From Convolutriloba macropyga (lineage: Eukaryota): a stretch of DNA of 64,000 nucleotides. This document shows positions 61,867 through 64,000 of the stretch, one piece after another. The DNA lies in the NCBI RefSeq assembly GCF_964194025.1, contig NC_134469.1:1798001-1862000 (forward strand), written 5' to 3'. The translations under genes and the position numbers were made by a program. The first letter of the stretch is position 1. The number at the start of each line of letters is the position of its first letter. The notes under the pieces are model-generated. The model did not search any database. It had not been told where the DNA came from and saw nothing but the letters and a program-made list of their open reading frames with translations.

Positions 61867-64000
61867 CTAGGAGGTTGAACAAAAAACGGCGGGGGTTATA
61901 ACAGGCGGGCAGGTTTTCTTTCTTTTTTGAAATGGTGGTGTTGAAGGGTGGGTGGTGGATAAGGGCAAGTGTGTTATCAATTTTTTTTTATCTCCTTAAG
62001 GAGAGATCAATTGGGCGCTGATGTAGGCGCAGGAAGTTAAAGACTCTTAGAGACCTCTTAAAATTGTCACCCCAAGCCCGTTATCTACGTGTGGGTGCAT
62101 TGAAAGCCCTGTTGCCCTTGCCCCCATTGGCTCTATACATTACACTTCAGTGAATTTGACGCCAACTGGCTTCTTTATAGCTCTTATCTGGTCACCTTCA
62201 AGTTGAGGGTTTTATTTTACTCTTAAGTGGGGGGGGGGGGGGTTGGGGGAGAGGGGTTGTGGGGGTTGGGGGGTGGTTAAAGGGAAATGGGAAAGGATAC
62301 AGATGTCTTTATAGGGTCTTCCCTATCTACATTTAATAGACGATCTAATTTTTATCACAAATATAAGAAGATAAAAGAAAAGTTAGCTTTTTAAAATTTG
62401 TTATAACAGTTTATAACTGCCCAACCCCAACCTATTCTGAATATTTAATTAACTACGAAAAGAGATCATAAAACCAAAAAAAACATACAGTCTAATTTTG
62501 TTTGATTGTTGTTTCATTTTTCGTCAGTGAATTCAGGGTTAGATATATTCAGAACATGGCCGGTCTCAATAGATGCTATCAAAACCTGACATCATATCAT
62601 CAACTTTAAAAGCAACTTGAAGAACCTTGCTTGAGGCCTCGACTCGAGATAAAAAATTAGGGGAGGGGTTTCACTACGGCAAAACTTTGAAATAACTTGA
62701 GTTATTTTTTTAATTGATGCTCACGAAGAATTTGTTGCTTGTGTTTTTTGTTTGTTTCTGTAGATACTGAAAAAGCCACGTCACAGCGCTAGAGAGCATT
62801 GCATAATGAAGTTCAAATAATTGAAACGAATTTGAAATACTGCCAAAAAAACTTATCAGTTTCCTAGAAATGAATTAGTTTCGCTTCTTCAGCGTTTGTC
62901 CAGTACTACAACATTTCAAATTTGAAACCAGATCAAAACTGCTAAGCATTAGATTAGAAATGCACGAAAGAGAGATTGAGGCAAGAAACAGACTCTTGGA
63001 AATTTTTTTATTGACCCACTAATTGACAAAAGCTTGTTCCGTAGTCGAATTAAAATCCAGTCAGATTTTTTAGTTAGGCAAAATTCCAGCGGTGAAAGAA
63101 TAACCAAGCAGCATCGCATTTTGGGTCAAATAAAGATCGATATGGACAAAAATGAGTCACAAATAGGCCTAGAAAAACAAAATTTCAATCAACAAAAATC
63201 TTATCGAGTCAGGGTTTTTTTATGGCCAATTGGCATTGAACGTCAATTTCCATACAACCGTTTGATTGAGCATAGTTCTTTTTTAAGTCAGGGAAAAATA
63301 GGGTTTACAAATCCGCCAGAATATCTACAACGCTGCAAAATTTTTAGCCGCCGAAGCAAGCACGTACATGTATAATTTCAAACATAAAGACAAATTAGAA
63401 CAAACCCTCACATATACGCTCATCATCACAAACATTCCCAACAAAACCTGTGATCAAATACAGATTAAGATTTGTTGAGTTTGTGCCTAGTTAAAAAGAG
63501 TTTAGAACTCAACGAAAACTGGCACATAGGATTTGAAAGTCGTAGAAGACTTGTTTTGAGAAAAAAAAACACTGATACATATGCGTACATTGCCGATACA
63601 GTCATGATAAAGAATTTCACGATGCTCTACCATTCAAGAGCTCGTTTTAGAAGCAACCTCTCTCGTGTTATCTTTTCGAAATCACTACAGCTTCCTGCTT
63701 GCAATTTTCTGACACAATTTTGCAAGATATTGTTAAAAGTTAGCTCAAGACCCAAGATCATCAAATCTTCAGTCTTAAATCATCAGTCATAAATGTACGA
63801 AAGTGTTTCTAGCATAATGAGATTTTGTAATTAAAACTTAATCAGCAAATCAAAATAACTAAATAATAAATGGAAGCATGAAAATTAAGACCAAGAGTGG
63901 CTTGGCTTTAAGGCCAAAAGAAACATTTCTGTAACTTAGTTGACGAAAAAAAAATCTTACGAGGAAAAACTTACAATCCATGCCATCGTATTCTAAATAA

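Overview
AT-rich animal (invertebrate-like) genomic DNA; the species cannot be determined from the sequence. A minus-strand host gene spans at least 3457-48178. Nine GT-AG exons splice in frame (about 810 codons) into a DEG/ENaC-family channel whose ectodomain carries at least 7 LDL-receptor class A modules and an ShKT domain. Its first (TM1) and last (TM2) exons were not found. One ~21 kb intron holds a ~17 kb env-bearing Ty3/gypsy element (about 17655-34774, minus strand). It has a tRNA-Asn-like PBS, gag, a -1 frameshifted pol, a disrupted F-type env, a PPT and very long LTRs (3348 bp, ~99% identical). The most unusual part is its accessory gene load. Each LTR carries an antisense ORF joining an integrase-type HHCC zinc finger (no catalytic core) to an OTU-like cysteine protease, plus a convergent basic/poly-Q ORF. 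Three more small ORFs lie between env and the 3' LTR: one with U-box-like and TQT motifs, one with a myristoylation-type N-terminus, and one unassigned. The rest is intronic repeat DNA: a tandem Helentron-like G-rich element, a 52-bp satellite, several MITE families and a 4 x 1485 bp tandem array. All domain calls come from motif recognition by eye, not database searches.
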